Assembly (NCBI GenBank): GCA_026025795.1
Contig: JAPEUG010000182.1
Span: 1 to 32,709 of the forward strand
Reading direction: 5' to 3'
Length of the DNA stretch: 32,709 bases
From: Thelocarpon superellum
Taxonomy: Eukaryota
A model generated the notes under the pieces. That model had not been told where the DNA came from and searched no databases. It saw only the letters and a program-made list of their open reading frames with translations. Shown piece after piece: positions 1 to 10,477 of the stretch; position 1 is the first letter of the stretch; each line of letters begins with the position of its first letter. A program made the position numbers and the translations under genes.

Positions 1-11
1 GCAGCACTCAC

Positions 12-540
12 CAAATCGCGGGACGGGCTGGGTTTGCCAGAACTTATACGAGGCCATGTCTTTCTTGTTCTTCTTGCCGCCCATCGACTATCGTATGGGT
101 GGTCAGGGCGGCTAGACAGGAAGAGGGAAGAGAAGAGTGCGACTTGCCATGCCAGTCAGGAGGTCGGACACATTCATCTTCTTCAGCATCTCCTCGACTT
201 TGTCCGGGGACATGCCGGCGAATTCTTTCTCCAGTGATGGATTGTTCTTGAGGAGCTCCTGGATGCCCCGGGCGCTCGCCTGGTCTCCTCTCGTCGCGGA
301 CGATTCTCCACTGGCATCAGCGGGTGTCTTTGCCCCTCCGGTCAACGCATCTTTGATCGCCTTCCTCTTCGATCGTTTCTTCTTTTTCCCCTTCGCCTTT
401 CCATCAGCGGCCGGCTGTTCGGGCTCTTCCTCGTTCTCATCTTCCTCGTCCTCAAAGTCTTCCCCTGCGGTAGGTTGAGGGGGCTTGGGTTCATTGTCGC
501 CGCCAGAGGGGCCGCCCGATGGCTCCGCGGAGGCGGTCAT
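12..540 (-). CDS. NMT1: Glycylpeptide N-tetradecanoyltransferase (N-myristoyltransferase), 5' part; exons 540-148 and 87-12; continues beyond the window start
   Basis: Spliced translation gives an acidic N-terminus, a KKKKRSKRK patch, then LKKMNVSDLLTGM|SMGGKKNKKDMASYKFWQTQPVPRF. YKFWxTQPV is the NMT signature. A GTGAGT donor at 11-6 shows the gene continues off-window. Confidence 0.93.
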
Positions 541-805
541 ATCGCTGCCAATGGAAATGGCTTAGATCCGCTTGATCGACTAAGGAAAGCACTGGAGGTC
601 CAGTGTCTGCGGAAGATTCCTCAGCTTGCCGCTTGTCTCGGTGTGTGTGAAGGTGGGGTTTTGGTGGGGTTTTGGTGGGGTCTCTCGTGGGCCTACGGAG
701 GAAACAATGCCACAGCTGTCTGCCTTGCTCCACCACTCGTCCAAGTGAAATTCGTACGCGAGTCGCTCTCCTACCGAGGTTGCGTTACACTCGGACCCTA
801 GCCGA

Positions 806-883
806 TCAGGACGCCAAAGTCAAGGCTCATACTTTGTCAAGGCTCATACTATGAAACTGTGAGCCTTGACCTCGGCGTCTTGA
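806..883. repeat. Imperfect ~24-bp inverted repeat enclosing a 15-bp direct duplication
   Basis: tcaggacgccaaagtcaaggctca (806-829) matches the reverse complement of 860-883 (tcaagacgccgaggtcaaggctca). gtcaaggctcatact occurs at 819-833 and 836-850. Confidence 0.8.
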
Positions 884-1319
884 AGTAGTAGTACCATGAA
901 GGCAGAGAGACTAGACCGCGTCGACCCACCGCGATGCCTGCGTGCCGGTACAGGTTGGAGCGTTCTATCTTTGTGCGTCGGCCTCTCGAGACGGCCCGCA
1001 AAAGTCTCAGCCGGAGTCGATGGTGTCGGCACTTCTGGGCTGGCAAAGACCTCCTGCCGCCCGCCTAGACTCGCTCCATTTCCTCCCCACGAACCCGACG
1101 GCATTCGAGAAATTGCCCGCAATGCTCCTACCCGTCGTGAACGCGTCTCTGGGGTATGGAAGTACTCTATATGGCCTCTACCTTCTCGTGTTGCTTGGTA
1201 TTTCATGCCCTATCGTCGTTTGCACAGCTCCTACTCGCCTACTGATTGTTAATACCTCTACAGCATCATCATGTGCATTTCTACACCTTCCTTATTTGTC
1301 CCCTGTGCTTGCTATCATC

Positions 1320-1363
1320 AAGTGCAAGGTGCCCGTTCTGTAAGTGCAAGGTGCCCGTTCTGT
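1320..1363. repeat. Perfect 22-bp tandem duplication
   Basis: aagtgcaaggtgcccgttctgt occurs twice in tandem. Confidence 0.9.
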
Positions 1364-1510
1364 TCTCTCCCACTTGCATATAAGCCTGATCTACAGCACC
1401 TCATCGACCGTTCTTCATCTCGTGCATTATACACTTTCGGTCCACTGTTTCTCACTGCCATCCGGTCGGTTTCACCAGATATCGAGAAACGACCCAATCA
1501 CCGCCACATC

Positions 1511-1909
1511 ATGTTTTTGAGTCGTGCTCTGGTCGCTATGACCGTGTTACTCAGCCGGAGCATCTGCGCGCCCGCACCTGCTCCACAGAACGACTGCCCG
1601 GCGCCAACGGGCGACGAAGTCCCCAGCAGCACGCCCGGACCCGTGGCCGAGCAGTACTGGAATTTCACGTCGAACGTATACCCAAACTTTACGAACGGCG
1701 TCAAAGGGGAATGCGAAGGCCATTCCCTGCAAGCGGTCTACACCGCCGCCCTCGATGAGATGCTGAGCGGGCCTCCCTCGCCCGGGGTAGTGGGAATCGC
1801 GCAGCTGTGCCCCGCTCTGGGGAACAGCACCGGGGAGGCTCAGGTGTTGTTGACCGGCGCATTTTATTGGCCCAACGGAACCTTCTGGCAGCCTCCGCCG
1901 TGCACTTAG
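1511..1909 (+). CDS. Small secreted protein, 132 aa, unknown function
   Basis: ATG at 1511 gives a signal-peptide-like start MFLSRALVAMTVLLSRSICA followed by PAPAPQ. The mature part has 4 Cys and sequons NFT x2, NST, NGT. Intronless, TAG at 1907-1909. Confidence 0.75.
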   Translation: MFLSRALVAMTVLLSRSICAPAPAPQNDCPAPTGDEVPSSTPGPVAEQYWNFTSNVYPNFTNGVKGECEGHSLQAVYTAALDEMLSGPPSPGVVGIAQLCPALGNSTGEAQVLLTGAFYWPNGTFWQPPPCT

Positions 1910-2194
1910 AAGCTCGATGCTCGATGCTCGATGACGACGATGGATAAGATGGGTCCAACAGTGCGTGAGATCCAGTTGGCCCATGCCTTCGATTGCAAAA
2001 TGGGGTTTGAGCCAAAGCCGGCTGTATTCAGACGATGGGCCGTATGATGGGGGTTACAGTAGTCGGCGAAGAGGTTGGTGTCTAATGATAGTCATCATGC
2101 ACAGAGGTGTATTGAGAGTGTACGATATGAAATGTTCGCGCTTTGATGAGGGGGGTTACACGAAACGAAATGCTTGCTTCAGCAGACGACTTCT

Positions 2195-3609
2195 TCAAAG
2201 ATAAAGGGCGCGATAGACGGCGAGCGTGACGGCCGAGTAGGTGGCAATGCGGTTATGTCCTACGCAATCAGTCATGTGTTACGGAAGTGCGGGCACGAAG
2301 GCACCCACCTCCGTGACGGACGATCTCTTCACGGATCGACTTCTTCCCCGTAGTCCACTCGTTGACCCATCCTCCTTCCCACCGATCTGCCTGGTTGAAG
2401 GCCTGGTCCAGCTGGCGCGCCGTATAACCCTCTGGCTTGGTCGCATTGACGGCAAGGCGGTACAGGGTGTCGGAATGCCGCCAGGGGATCTCCACATCAT
2501 TGATCGCGTGAATTAGATGCAGATGAAGGCTCGAGCTGGCTCGAACGAGCCGTTCGATCCGTTGCTTGGTCTTCCACGTATCGAGGATACGGCTCAGGAC
2601 CCATTTCTGTAGAAACGGGTAGGTTCGAAGCGGGGAGAGGAGAGGGAGGACGCCTTTGATGGAGTATGTCAGCAAGAGACCAGGGAGATCCGTAAAGGGC
2701 GCGATCAAGATCTCGGCCGCGAATTCCACAGGGATTGTCGCGGTGGCGAAATGCTCCGCGACGGCAGCTGTGACGGCAGTGCCCAGGCTCTGGCCGACGA
2801 GCACAATGCGTGAGGATGGGATGCGGGCCACGTCCATGGCCCAGGTGACGGCTGCGATCCCATCTTGAATGAGGCCGGCTTCGCTGGGACGGCCCGTCGA
2901 ATGCCCGTATCCCCGGTAGTCAATGGTCAAGACGTGGATTGTATCTGGGCCGGCCGCTGCAAGAGCTCGCCAGGTATCCGTCCGCCATCCCTGGCCCAAG
3001 TGGCCCGCGTTCTGATCGGTCAGATATTTCACGCTGTGGTGGTTGGATGAACGCTTACCCCGTGGACTGTCGGGAATTAGCAATCATAGGGTTGATGGGA
3101 AGTTTCTCTCACAGCTGATGACTAGACGGCTGTTGGGATCCGTTTGCAGCAGTCGAAAGGCTTCGGTTCTGCTCACATCCGGTGCGAGTCCGATTGGTTC
3201 GTCGATCAAGGATGCTTCGTTATGAGCACACACTCCCGGCGGGAGGATGTGGTAGGCATAAAGCCGCTCGCCATCCGAGGTGGACAGATAAAACGGTGTG
3301 ACTTGGTTCTCTGCTTGGCCCCATAGGTGCTCAGCAGGGAATCATTGGGATGAATGAGCGCGTTAGACTGACTAGCGAAGCCAAACTGCTCGGGCTTGTC
3401 CAGATCATGCCACCACAGGGTATGGAATCGATGGGCATAGAGTGCCCTGGTTGTCCGCGGACCGACGGTCAGATCGAAGGATTGTCAGCACAGAGGAAGC
3501 CTACTCACTCGCGCTGCGCCCATTCCGTCGTCAATGTGGCCAGGCCCACCATATACACGGCCCCCGCCAGAGCGAGGCCCCAATAGGCCTTGGATAAGAG
3601 GCCAGACAT
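2195..3609 (-). CDS. ABHD12-like alpha/beta hydrolase with N-terminal membrane anchor; 6 exons including an 8-nt micro-exon (3066-3059)
   Basis: Spliced translation: MSGLLSKAYWGLALAGAVY...ALYAHRFHTLWWHDLDKPEQFGFA|KNQVTPFYLSTSDGERLYAYHILP...RLVIS|FHG|NAGH...IDYRGYGHSTGRPSEAGL...GQSLG (nucleophile elbow)...LIHAINDVEI...HG|GHNRI. Stop at 2197-2195. Confidence 0.9.
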
Positions 3610-4825
3610 GATCCTTTAGCATCGGCGACGACTCACGACGCGCATACGCATACGCGACAGTCACCAGGAGCTCTCCGACGCCCGGAACTCAGTCCCTGGA
3701 GAATCTACAATGCACATGGGGGACCCCGCCATGGATGGCTTGCATTCCCTGATGGACGGCTTGCGCGATAATCACGAAAAGGCGCTCATCATATCCCATC
3801 CACTGATCCTCGGCGATGTTGACGAAGATGGCGCACCGTCAACTGCACCAAGGTCGACCGCGGATAAAGGTCGGACGACGGCGTGGCGCGGACGGGATCG
3901 GGGGCGGGGACGGGTGTGGAGTCGACACGGAAGGAAATAGTTACGGGAAAGGCGGAATGAGATTGATCGTAGGACCTGGTAAGGGGTAGGCTCAGTAATC
4001 TCCAGGCGTCGGCTCAAGGGGACTCCGCCCATTCTTGGGATTGACTTGTACGTACGAGCAATACCAGCGGCCAGGTCCTCCGCAGCACTACTCATGCCAC
4101 CGTACTTAGTGACTTTCACTTCCGACTCACCGATCAGGTACGGGTAATGACACACGCGTAGGCAAAGCACGGGGGAATCCACCGAATACGAAGTACTTCG
4201 TACGATCCTCGGACGGGGATGAGGGCGAGGACCGCATGGGGGAGGGCCCGTAGCGTGGAGACCTCAGACACATCCGAAGTCACTACTCGTCCAGTCTCCG
4301 GGTACCGCTACCGCTATGACGACGCCTTTAAGCGAACATTTTATTCTTCGGGTCTGTCATGTCAGAAAAGGACTTGATCGATCCCCCTTCTCCATGCTCC
4401 TCGTTGAGATTGCAGAGACCGTCTGACTCTCTGCTCCCCGTTCGAGGACGAGGCCGAGTAGCTCAACTCTGAAAGAGTCACAAGGGACCGATTGGACCGT
4501 CTTTCACACTGGGGCCGAGGCGGATTTGCGCTGCTTGGCTACCCCGGGTGGAGCGCCCACCTCGTCTCGCATGGGGAGGCTTGAAACATCCAAGTGACCA
4601 CGCACGTCGTCGCGGCCACCCTCTGCCGGCATCAGTCCCCATCGAGTGCGTGAGTGCATGGCCGATGCGTGAACGGTCCATTACTCCATCACTCATCTCC
4701 TCGTCCGCCTTGTCTGCCTACGGCTCGACAAGATCACGTCCATAGGGTGATCGATGCCTTCGTTTCCTCGCTCCTCCGTCATCTCCGTCACCTCTGCATC
4801 TCCGTCAACCCCGTCTGCGCTCACC

Positions 4826-7082
4826 ATGGTTGAGAAGCGAAAGCTGTCTACCAGAGCTCGGGCCGAACCGGCCTCCAAGAAGCGGACGCCGACGCCTCCC
4901 GACGACCCGCCTGCGTCCGAATCTCCTCGGGGGGCTCTTCCAACCCGTCTCGAGAATGGTGACTCGCTCCCGACACTGGACGCGGCCCAGTCGGACGGCT
5001 TGTCGTCCAAGGACTACCAATCCGTCGCGGATAGGTACTGTAACCCCCTTTCAGGCCTCGAACTGACCCCTCCCGCGGCTCACTTGCTGACCCTCGTGTC
5101 CCAGTGGCGTCCTGGCTACGGCACTCCAACGTTCGCGACAGAAGTGGCTGACCGAAGGCATCTTCGAGCGGTATTGGACCAAGCCCTCGAAGAAGAAGGG
5201 CCAGGTCGATGCTCATAACCCGCTCAAAGAAAGCATGGTCAAGATCGGTCCCTGTACTCTTACCATCGAGCCACATGTGTTTGAGGTCAACCTCTTCTCT
5301 GTCAAAGAACCCTTACCGCCATCCACCGTTCCCCCAAATACCCAGGGTGGACACCGACCTATCATCCAGTATGGACCGCCAAATCCACCACTCCATCCCA
5401 ACGGGCCCCATGCAAATGGCATCAGCCACCCGCCCAATCCGCCAGCGTCGGCCGCTCCTCGTTCGGACCCGCCCTCCGTGACCCCGAGTGCGCGACCACC
5501 ATCTCCGCGCATGAGCGGCGCTCCTCATGCTCCTACCAATGGTGTCAGCCCGGCGCAACCGGCGCCGCCGCCAGCATCCAGTCCCGCCAAGCCCAATGCC
5601 GATCCCGTCATTCAGATGCTGGCCACCAAAGCCGCCACGGACGCCGACCTCAAGGCCTTGATGAAGGTCGTCGCGTCTGGCAAGGCATCGAGCGGCGAGC
5701 TCAAGACCTTCCAAGATCATATCGACGAATTGACGGCCCTTTTGCACAGGCGCGAGAAAGCCGCGGCGGCACCCGCGCGTGATGCGTATCACCCCGAGGC
5801 CCGCCCCATACCCACCCCATCAAGCTCCCATCCAGCCCTACCGGTGGTCGTGCACGGGGAAGAGCGCCACGAGCCGAACGGGCAGAACCAAGCTCACACT
5901 CCGAGCGTCAAGACGGAGCCTTCACCGCTGGCGCCAGCGCACGTGGGACGGCCAAAGGGTACCGTGTCATCGGCCAAGCCCGAGGTCAGCGACGTGGTTT
6001 TTGACTTCTGTGCCGGCTCTGGCGATCGCTTCCTGTTTCCCAAATACAGTATCCTCCAATACTTGCCCGGCGGCTCGCAGGTGATCGCCTCCTTCTTGGT
6101 CGTCCGCAAAGGCAGCGACAGTGCGGATGGCACCTACGACCCCGCGCTCGATTACTACCAGCCGGTCACGATGCGCCTGACGGCACACAGCGCCAAGATC
6201 TTGGAACCACTCTCGCGCGTCGTCGCCAGCCCGGTGGAGGCACGCCGATACATGGACGACATCATGGATCACATGACCCGCGCCGAATATGTACATCTGG
6301 CCATGCGACTCCCGCGCGACACCGCCGATGGCGAAGGCGAGCCCGATGAGCCTGTGCCGCGGCTGGAACGCGAAGAAAGCGTCAAAGCGCTGTACACTCC
6401 GCCGGGCTCGATCGGTCCTCCCAAGGTCAAAGTGCCGAAGCCTGCGGTAAGTTCGTCCCGTCCGTGTCACCGCGTCCGCGCTGATGATGATGATGATGAT
6501 GATGTAGCCGCCTATTCCGGACCGGTCATCGACGGAGCCCTGGGCGTCTCCGGGACCTACGACGGAGAGCATGCTCGGACGACCTCGACGGGGGCGCGTG
6601 GCCGATCCTAACAAGACGTGCCATCTGTGCCATACGTCGACCACCTCCCTCTGGCGGAAGGCTGACATCGAGGGCGAGAACGTGACTGGTGAGCAGACTG
6701 TCCATCGCTTCCGAGATGTCGGGGTTTCTAACGCGCGGCAGTATGCAATGCGTGCGGCATCAAGTGGAAGACGAATTACGTGCGCACGCAAGAAGCCGCT
6801 CACGGCCCAATGCCTAAGAAGGTGCGCGGACAGAACAAAGCCGTTGCCGCTACCGCTGCCGCGGCGACTGCAGCGTCACGGGCGGCCCCTCCGCAACAGT
6901 CCCCGCAGCCGCCGCCACAGCGGCAAGGGCAACAAGCCCCTTCAGCGGCACCGCCGCCACCGCCGCCGCAGTCTGCCACGCAGCCGCTCTCGCCTAGTCT
7001 CCGTGCATATCCGGGCATGACGTCTCACACGATGATGAGTGCGTCGCCGCTGCGAGAAGTGGAGATGAAGGACAGCACCTGA
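4826..7082 (+). CDS. SWC3: SWR1-complex subunit Swc3-like protein with C-terminal GATA-type zinc finger; exons 4826-5034, 5105-6446, 6508-6688, 6742-7082
   Basis: Motifs DYQSVADS-GVLATALQRSRQKWLTEGIFERYWTKP, GPCTLTIEPHVF, DPVIQMLATKAATDADLKALMKVVASG and GDRFLFPKYSIL...YYQPVT match fungal Swc3. Spliced C-terminus CHLCHTSTTSLWRKADIEGENVT|VCNACGIKWK. Confidence 0.8.
6482..6503 (+). repeat. (TGA/GAT)7 microsatellite at the 3' end of SWC3 intron 2
   Basis: tgatgatgatgatgatgatgat lies directly before the tag acceptor at 6505-6507. Confidence 0.85.
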
Positions 7083-7625
7083 TGGGATGGGCACGCGCCC
7101 CGTGACGCGGTCGGGTTGGAGGCTGAGAAAGTAGGGCGAGTACATATCGCAGCAGGCATTCTCCGGCGTCTGCATCTGCGTATCCGGGCGAGAGTCAGCC
7201 GGCCCCAAAATGGACTTGGACGATGGATCATGGTTGTCTCTGATCGGCCCAAGCCACGGCGGTCTTGGTTGACGTCGATGCGCTACGCGCGCACGTGTAT
7301 GATGTACCACCTCCATGACTGAGAAACTCTCGACTGCATTGTGCCATGAGCAGCGGTCGACGTAGCCGAGTGGCGTAGAGTGAGACGTTGATGTGTGTTG
7401 ATCTGGTTCTCGGCGGAGGGACCGTGAAGCGACAGGGACTCCGTCCCGAGAAGATCGATCCGTCTGCCCATGACGTACCGGCACGAGCGCGGCTCGATTC
7501 ACACGCCCACCCAACGCGACGAATCGTGCCTGTGTCTGTAAGCACGACTCCGGTACTATGCAGGCCTCTGGCGGTTTCGGTCGGATCTTCTGACGTGGGC
7601 ACTTTAGTGCCGTCCGTCGACCACC

Positions 7626-9656
7626 ATGGGTCAAGGGCAGTCGGGACAGTCCGGACCCCGCAACGTGTCGACTGGTGCGTGGGCTATCCCTTCATGAACC
7701 GTTGCACCGGCTAATGGAGCATATGTATCGTAGAGCAGCTCAGCCACGAGCTTGCCCTTCGCTTTGCCCGACGATGTTTCACTTCGCTCGAGCTCTACTC
7801 CTTCCGCGACGTCTTTCGTTCCTTGGCTGACACCACTTCCGACCTTCAACACTGGCGGGAGGATACGTTATGCCGCTTCCTCGAGATCCCCGACGCCCTC
7901 GGCGTTGGCCCCGTCGTGTACCAGAGCGCCACGTACCTAGGCGCATTTCCCTTTCCCAGCCTGGCACCAAGCATCCTGGGCTTCGAGGCGTTGCTGAAGG
8001 TGGTGGTGATCATGACGGAGCGATACCGGCGGGTGCTGAAGCGGGGCAAGACGGATCGGATCCGACTGCTCTTCCGGAGTCTGGCCGTCTTCGACCGGAA
8101 AGCAAGCGACGAGGAAGAGAAGATGCGAACTCCCGTGGCGGAGGAGAAGCGGGGGACGCCGGCAGAGGAGGCACGGGAGAGCTTTCAGGCGGCGATGAGG
8201 GAGGCCTCCAAAGGGGTGGCCGGCTTCGCGGTCGACGATGCTGCCAACGATGACGAGGAGGACGAAGATGACGATGAACTGGCTCTGGCCGCATTGGACG
8301 CGTTAGATGCAATCGAGGTGTTCAAGCACGGAGAGAAGTCCAACATCCACCAAGCCCAGATTCCGACAGATAACTTCCGACGACTCCTCATGCTGCTCAT
8401 TGTCGCGGCCCCCTTGACGGCGCAGGAGAGTCTCTCGACATATGCCGAGCGCTTTACGGGCGAGCGGCTGGAAGGATTGAAACGGACGGCCGACAATATG
8501 CTGTGGGCCTTTGGGGTGGAAAAGCACCCTGGCGTGCTCTATCATCATTTTAACTCGATTATCCCCGTCTCCATGGTATGTCCACCCTCTCCTTTACTCC
8601 ATCTGACGCTCTGAAGTTCCTTCGTCCTGATCCTCGAAGCCATATCTGTTTGATGGCTTGAACCCTCTCTTCGAACATTTCCTCTTCAGCAAGAAGATCA
8701 ATCTCTCGAAACGGAAAGACGAGCCTGCCGCTCTCCCCACAACCACTCCAGACGACGCTGCCATGCCGCCCTTGTTGATACAAGAAGGCGAGATCCTCGA
8801 TGTGAACCTATTGAGTCAATTGTCCTTTTTCCTAAAAGGCTCGAGGCTGTTTCGTCAGCTCCGCCCGCTGTACTCTGGCTCGGATTCGGGGTTCAGCATG
8901 GGCTCCTTCGAGACGAAAGTCTTCAACTGGAGGGCTCCGACGATCCTGCTCGTGGCCGGCACACGGGTGACCCACCCCGCCCGGACACCCCGCGAAAAAT
9001 CCTTCGCCGATACGCTCCCGCCGAAGAAGTTCCGCGACGGAGCCAAGGGTAACACGACGGACGCACGCGTCGTCTTCGGGGCCTATCTTGAGACGCCATG
9101 GAAGCACACGCACAAAGAGTGTTTCGGAGACACCAACACACTCCTCTTCCAGCTCTCACCCATCCACGAAGTCTTCCAGGCGTCGACCATCAACCGGGAC
9201 TACATCTCCTTCAATAAGCCACCGACGGCCAACTCTGGCATCAGCATCGGCAGCCCGATCCCACGGAGCAGAACCACCACCTCCTCGTACTCCTCATCCT
9301 ACGCGCCCACCCACACGACGCTTGGACCCGTCTCGCTCTTCCTCGACAGCGCGCTCGAGTTCGGAGTCTTCACGCACGACGCCAACGGCGGGGGTAGTTT
9401 CCACACCTCGAACAACCCCGCTCGACGCGGCGAGAACTGGCAGGAACGCTTCGCCATTGACAGTCTCGAGGTCTGGGGTCTTGGCGGCGAAGATGAAGAG
9501 CGTGCGCAGCGCGAGCGCTGGGAGTGGGAGGAACGCGAGGCGGAACGGCGCAGGAGGGTGAATCTTGGCCGCTCGGGTGATGTGGATGCCGATCGTGCTC
9601 TCTTGGAGATGGCAGGCCTGGTGGGGCAGAATCGCTCGGGGGGGAGTATGGGGTAG
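7626..9656 (+). CDS. RTC5: Rtc5, TLDc-domain protein; exons 7626-7674, 7734-8575, 8640-9656
   Basis: MGQGQS myristoylation-type start, then LSHELALRFARRCFTSLELYSFRDVF and YLGAFPF. TLDc motifs LRPLYSGSDSGFSMGSFETKVFNWRAPTILLV, LFQLSPIHEVF and SLEVWG. C-terminus DRALLEMAGLVG. Confidence 0.9.
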
Positions 9657-9933
9657 GGTGGTGGTGGTGTGGGAGAGTAAGGGATCGGAAGGGGTCATCG
9701 GGCGCGAGAGTAATGTGGACGTTCAGGCTTTGGAATTGTGGTTTGTAGCGGGAGCACAGTAAGGATGCGAGTGGCCAGAAGGAGGATATCTTGGGAAGTG
9801 GTTGTGATTCTATCCCAATGGCCATGGCCATGACCTTCACAGCGTTCACTCCCACCCCCAACCCTCTTTCCTAACCATGGTACACGAAAAAGAAAATGCC
9901 AGTCGATGAATGATTTGATGATCCGTTGCCGTG

Positions 9934-10477
9934 CTATCCCTGTCGTTGCTTATGTTTGGGATTCTTGCTGCAGATGATGTAGACGTAGCCTTTCCGACGT
10001 ACGCTCTATGATAGATGGCATCAGCTTCAGTCGGCATGGGGGGGGGGAGATGCTTATGCTTGACCAAAGGAAAGAAAACCCCAAACCTACCTTACATCCA
10101 TCGCACAACTTCTTGACGGAGCTTCGAACTTTCATGCCTCGATAGTGCTGCTGCATCTGTCCCTGCGCGGCGCGTCGTCGTGGATTCCACGCCTTTCGTA
10201 TCCAGGTCCATAGCGAGGATGTGGACGTCAACGAAGATGAGATGGAGCGCGCGCTGCGCGAGGTCGAAAAGAGCCTTGAGCGGGTCGATGGCGATGTTCG
10301 CACCAGCCAATAAAGCGACAGGTGCGCTTGCTGCATCGGTCGCGTTGTGGATGTGCGATACGGTCGGGCGATGGACAACGAGCGGAGTGAAGAGGAGACG
10401 AGCATCTGGCGGGCCAATGCGCACGAGGGCGAGAAGAGCCGGAGGGAAAGCGGCCCGGGGCGTGAAAGAGGCACCAT
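9934..10477 (-). CDS. RTC6: Mitochondrial ribosomal protein bL36m with long Arg/Ser-rich presequence; exons 10477-10091 and 10005-9934
   Basis: RGMKVRSSVKKLCDGCK|SVRRKGYVYIICSKNPKHKQRQG* is the L36 signature. The N-terminus is basic and free of acidic residues. Confidence 0.92.

Noticed and set aside
844..1343. Overlapping 118-133 aa ORFs upstream of the small secreted gene
   Set aside because: No recognisable motif, codon bias or consistent splice pattern; not supportable as genes.
3610..4825. ORFs and a 16-bp palindrome (tacgaagtacttcgta, 4187-4202) in the ABHD12/SWC3 divergent gap
   Set aside because: The ORFs look like random translations. A single short palindrome is too weak to call a regulatory site.
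7626..10477. RTC5 lies next to RTC6 (bL36m), and Rtc5 is a probable substrate of nearby NMT1
   Set aside because: The shared RTC name reflects a yeast genetic screen, not a common pathway. Proximity in a compact genome is not evidence of a functional cluster.
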